NCBI GenBank assembly: GCA_963827275.1
Contig: CAWHAA010000010.1
Span: 96,001 to 160,000 of the forward strand
Source of the DNA: an uncultured Spirochaetota bacterium
GTDB taxonomy: Bacteria; Spirochaetota; UBA4802; UBA5550
Length of the DNA: 64,000 nucleotides
Direction: 5' to 3'
The position numbers and the translations under genes are program-made. Of the stretch, positions 57,665 to 64,000 are shown one piece after another (within the stretch, counting starts at the first letter, position 1; each line of letters starts with the position of its first letter). The notes under the pieces were generated by a model. The model did no database searches. It had not been told where the DNA came from and was given only the letters and a program-made list of their open reading frames with translations.

Positions 57665-58774
57665 CTAAAACGGAAAAGTATATCCCTTCAGCTTGAGCCC
57701 GTCCCGCAGGGCAATGATGTCCTCCTGGAGGCTCCTGTTCACCGGCACTCCCCGGTCCTTTCTCTCCAGCCATGCCAGGTATTCCTTTTCTCCGGCCGTG
57801 TAGATCCGGTCCTGTCCCGGCATCTTTTTCGATGCCCTGATCTCCCTCAGTATGTCGCCCGCGGTTTTTTTAAAGCTTGCTACGTCGATGAAGCTGGCGA
57901 TGTCAATGGCGATGAAAAAATGCCCGAGATTATACGGGACCTTTTTGCCGTTTTCAATGCCGGTGAGCATCTTCATGAATCCGCCCGCCTGGAGGGCGGC
58001 GCTGAGTATCTCAACCACCGTGGCGTATCCGTACCCCTTGTAGCCGCCGCCATCTTCGCCGATGCCGCCAAGCGGGGTCAGAGCCGCGGTGCCGTCAACC
58101 AGCTGTTTGAGCGCCTTGTTCGCGTCGGTGGTAGAATTGCCGTCGGCGTCCACCACCCATCCTTCAGGCATGACCTTCCCCTGGCGCGCGTAGACCTCTA
58201 TTTTCCCGCGCTGTGTTATCGAGGTGGCGCAGTCGATGACGAAGGGGAACTCCTCATCGGTGGGGATGCCGAATACCAGGGGGTTCGTGCCAAGCATGTT
58301 TTCGACGCCGAATGTCGGCGCGATGCTCGGGCGCGCGTTCGTCCCGGTGATGCCGATCATGTTTTCATTGGCCGCCATGATCGTAAAATACCCTGCAATG
58401 CCGTAGTGGGATGAATTCCGCACCGTGACCATGCCCAGGCCGTACGTGCGCGCCTTCTCGATGGCGATCGCCATCGACTTTTTCCCTATCACGTGGCCCA
58501 TGCCGTTATGGCCGTCCACCACGGCGGTCGCCGGGCCTTCTTTGACGATCTCCATCCTGGTCACCGGATTGAGTATCCCGTCCTTTATACGGTCGATATA
58601 TATCGGTTTGAGCCGGTTAATGCCGTGTGAATCGATGCCCCGCTTGTCGGAAGTGATGAGTATGTCGGCGCAGATCTTCGCGTCCTCTTCCGGCACGCCG
58701 ACGGCCTTCAGCGCGTCTCTCATGAAGCGCTCCATCGTGTCAAAATCAATCCAGAAAATCTTCGAATCCTCCAT
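57665..58774 (-). CDS. Ldh_2 family oxidoreductase (malate/L-lactate/sulfolactate dehydrogenase-like)
   Basis: GIDSHG..RL, DGHNGMG, NSSHYG, GTNP, D.ATS, PLGG, YKGYG. Confidence 0.92.
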   Translation of the reverse strand: MEDSKIFWIDFDTMERFMRDALKAVGVPEEDAKICADILITSDKRGIDSHGINRLKPIYIDRIKDGILNPVTRMEIVKEGPATAVVDGHNGMGHVIGKKSMAIAIEKARTYGLGMVTVRNSSHYGIAGYFTIMAANENMIGITGTNARPSIAPTFGVENMLGTNPLVFGIPTDEEFPFVIDCATSITQRGKIEVYARQGKVMPEGWVVDADGNSTTDANKALKQLVDGTAALTPLGGIGEDGGGYKGYGYATVVEILSAALQAGGFMKMLTGIENGKKVPYNLGHFFIAIDIASFIDVASFKKTAGDILREIRASKKMPGQDRIYTAGEKEYLAWLERKDRGVPVNRSLQEDIIALRDGLKLKGYTFPF

Positions 58775-58882
58775 CTCAGTCTCCTTTTTACATAATAGGT
58801 CGTTGTCGCGCAATGGTAACGGGATGCAACATTAGCCCCCTCGCGGTCAGCGCGCAAGCGGGATTCATCCCCGCCAAAAAAT

Positions 58883-58907
58883 AAAGGGGCTGTTTCACCA
58901 GCCCCTT
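58883..58907 (-). terminator. intrinsic terminator after PFOR
   Basis: aaggggctg-tttcac-cagcccctt, followed on the minus strand by a T-rich run. Confidence 0.75.
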
Positions 58908-58933
58908 GTTGCTCTCATGCGACCGAGGTACTT

Positions 58934-62477
<3,544 letters not shown>

Positions 62478-62803
62478 CTAAGATCTCCTCATGAAATTTT
62501 TTATATCCACATATTGCCATTTATTCGGCAATTTTGAAAGATAAGCAGACGAACCGATTTTGATATTTTTTTTCAAATTAGTAAACAGCTCAATTTTCGT
62601 CAAGCCAAAGAAATAAACAGCGGCATTTCACGACACGGCAAGCGGACAATAAAAAAGCCGGCGTCATGTTCCTCTATTTGATTTCAAAGAAGAAGATGGC
62701 GTCGGCTTGTTCATGGGTACCACCCGATACAATTAATATAATCCGTAAGCCTACATAGCTGCTTTTTCAGAATAGCGACATGACCCGGCAACCGTCCGCC
62801 GCA

Positions 62804-63808
62804 TCACTGTTCCTGTATTGTTTCGTCAACCGCCATTCCGAAGTGGCGGCCGCCCTTTTCGACATGGCCGAGGACGCGGTCGCCCGGTTTGAGCGACGCG
62901 ACGCTTACGGCTTTCCCGTCAGGTGCGGTAAGCCGGATCGTCTCCGCGTTCTGGAGCACCACCGAATATTCGATCCCCTCAGCGTCTTTGGCATAGACCA
63001 CCAGCATCGGCCGTTTTTCGATCTTCGACCGGCCCACGCTTGACACATAGGTACCGCCGTTTTTGTCCACGATCAGCACCGGGTCACCCGTTTCAAGCTC
63101 GCCAAGGTATCTCGTCGCGTCGCCGGGCACTCTGATATATGAATGCACCGCTCCCGCGTTGATCCTGAACGGGCGGGGCGCGACATAGGGATTTTCGATA
63201 TTTTCCGCGTGCACGAGGAACATCCCGCGGCTGCTGTTGCCGACGAGAAGACCCTCACCCTGCCCGATATTGCTGCAGGTATCGACACAGACGCGGTCGC
63301 CGACGCCGATGTTTTTGATGCCGGTGATCTCCAGGGTGACCATGCCGAACGCCTCGCTTGCCAGCTCCCTGACAAAACGTACGACCTTCGATATTTCGGC
63401 CGGATCGTCAGTTTCAAGCACCACCCCGGCGACGCCCTTCTCCATTATGCCCGTGGCCACCTTCGCGTCCTCGAGATTGCGCACAAAGCTGTAGAGGCGC
63501 TCGCCTCCCCGCGGGATCAGGTTTTCGATCGGGATGATGTCCCAGTCGGTGGTGCGGACCGCGACGGCGCGCGTCTTCAGCGCGGCAGCCGCCTTCAGTT
63601 CATCGTCCTTGTTTTTTATTATGACAATTTCAACATCGTCAGGGACCTTCCGGTCGCCCAGCTCGGGCGCGATGACGGTGATGCGGCCCAGCTCCTTGAT
63701 CTTCGCGACGTGTTCCGGCAGCGTGAGTATCGCGTCAACGCCGGATTCCAGTGATTCGGTGACCAGCTTCTTGTTCCACGTCGGGAGATGCAGCCATATC
63801 TCCTTCAT
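62804..63808 (-). CDS. 3-dehydroquinate synthase II (AroB')
   Basis: Start re-called at [66 protein letters not shown]. Confidence 0.93.
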   Translation of the reverse strand: MKEIWLHLPTWNKKLVTESLESGVDAILTLPEHVAKIKELGRITVIAPELGDRKVPDDVEIVIIKNKDDELKAAAALKTRAVAVRTTDWDIIPIENLIPRGGERLYSFVRNLEDAKVATGIMEKGVAGVVLETDDPAEISKVVRFVRELASEAFGMVTLEITGIKNIGVGDRVCVDTCSNIGQGEGLLVGNSSRGMFLVHAENIENPYVAPRPFRINAGAVHSYIRVPGDATRYLGELETGDPVLIVDKNGGTYVSSVGRSKIEKRPMLVVYAKDAEGIEYSVVLQNAETIRLTAPDGKAVSVASLKPGDRVLGHVEKGGRHFGMAVDETIQEQ

Positions 63809-64000
63809 TTTGCTTTCCCGTGTACGATCTCGGATATCTTGCGCACGATGATCTCCGGGTTCTTGTGCTGGAACACGTTTCGGCCTATGGAAACGCCGGC
63901 GCCGCCGGCCCTGATGGAGCCCCTGACCATGTCGAGTATCTCCTTGTCGGTCTCCATCTTTTCGCCCCCGGCAATCACCACCGGGACCGGGCACCCTTCG
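63805..64000 (-). CDS. DhnA-type class I aldolase (AroA'-like), 3' part only; not in the ORF track
   Basis: Translates [14 protein letters not shown]...[16 protein letters not shown]...I..IVH; ATGA overlap with aroB'. Confidence 0.88.
   Translation of the reverse strand, partial: EGCPVPVVIAGGEKMETDKEILDMVRGSIRAGGAGVSIGRNVFQHKNPEIIVRKISEIVHGKAK

Overview
64 kb of a GC-rich bacterial chromosome, most consistent with an anaerobic, Leptospira-related spirochaete (inference from an FcpB-like flagellar protein and a P13-like domain, alongside PFOR, tungsten AOR and Hdr-type genes). The backbone carries housekeeping and metabolic genes: uvrC, tRNA-Pro(GGG), birA, pheST, pcm, tatD, yjbQ, ugd, namZ, glpAB, por/nifJ and archaeal-type aroA'/aroB'. 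It is interrupted by a visibly AT-rich island (~10.3-27.06 kb) with secreted-protein genes, a Wzm/Wzt glycan export locus with a methyltransferase, and an AlgJ-AlgI-AlgJ acylation module. The strongest candidates for undescribed systems are three. (1) A ~120-bp hairpin-containing repeat in four same-orientation copies that brackets the whole island and single cargo genes, next to a mosaic of captured gene fragments, with no integrase or transposase in the window. (2) A glpA-glpB operon in which GlpC is replaced by a di-haem-b/haem-c/4x[4Fe-4S] membrane fusion protein plus HdrB. (3) Several unusual signalling proteins: a PTS EIIA-zinc ribbon fusion, a CyaB + GAF-GGDEF pair, and an Asp-to-Glu pseudo-receiver fused to an anti-sigma-type kinase domain. 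Two genes (algI-like, PFOR) carry single +1 frameshifts that may be sequencing errors. All family calls come from motif recognition by eye; no searches were run and GC content was judged by eye.
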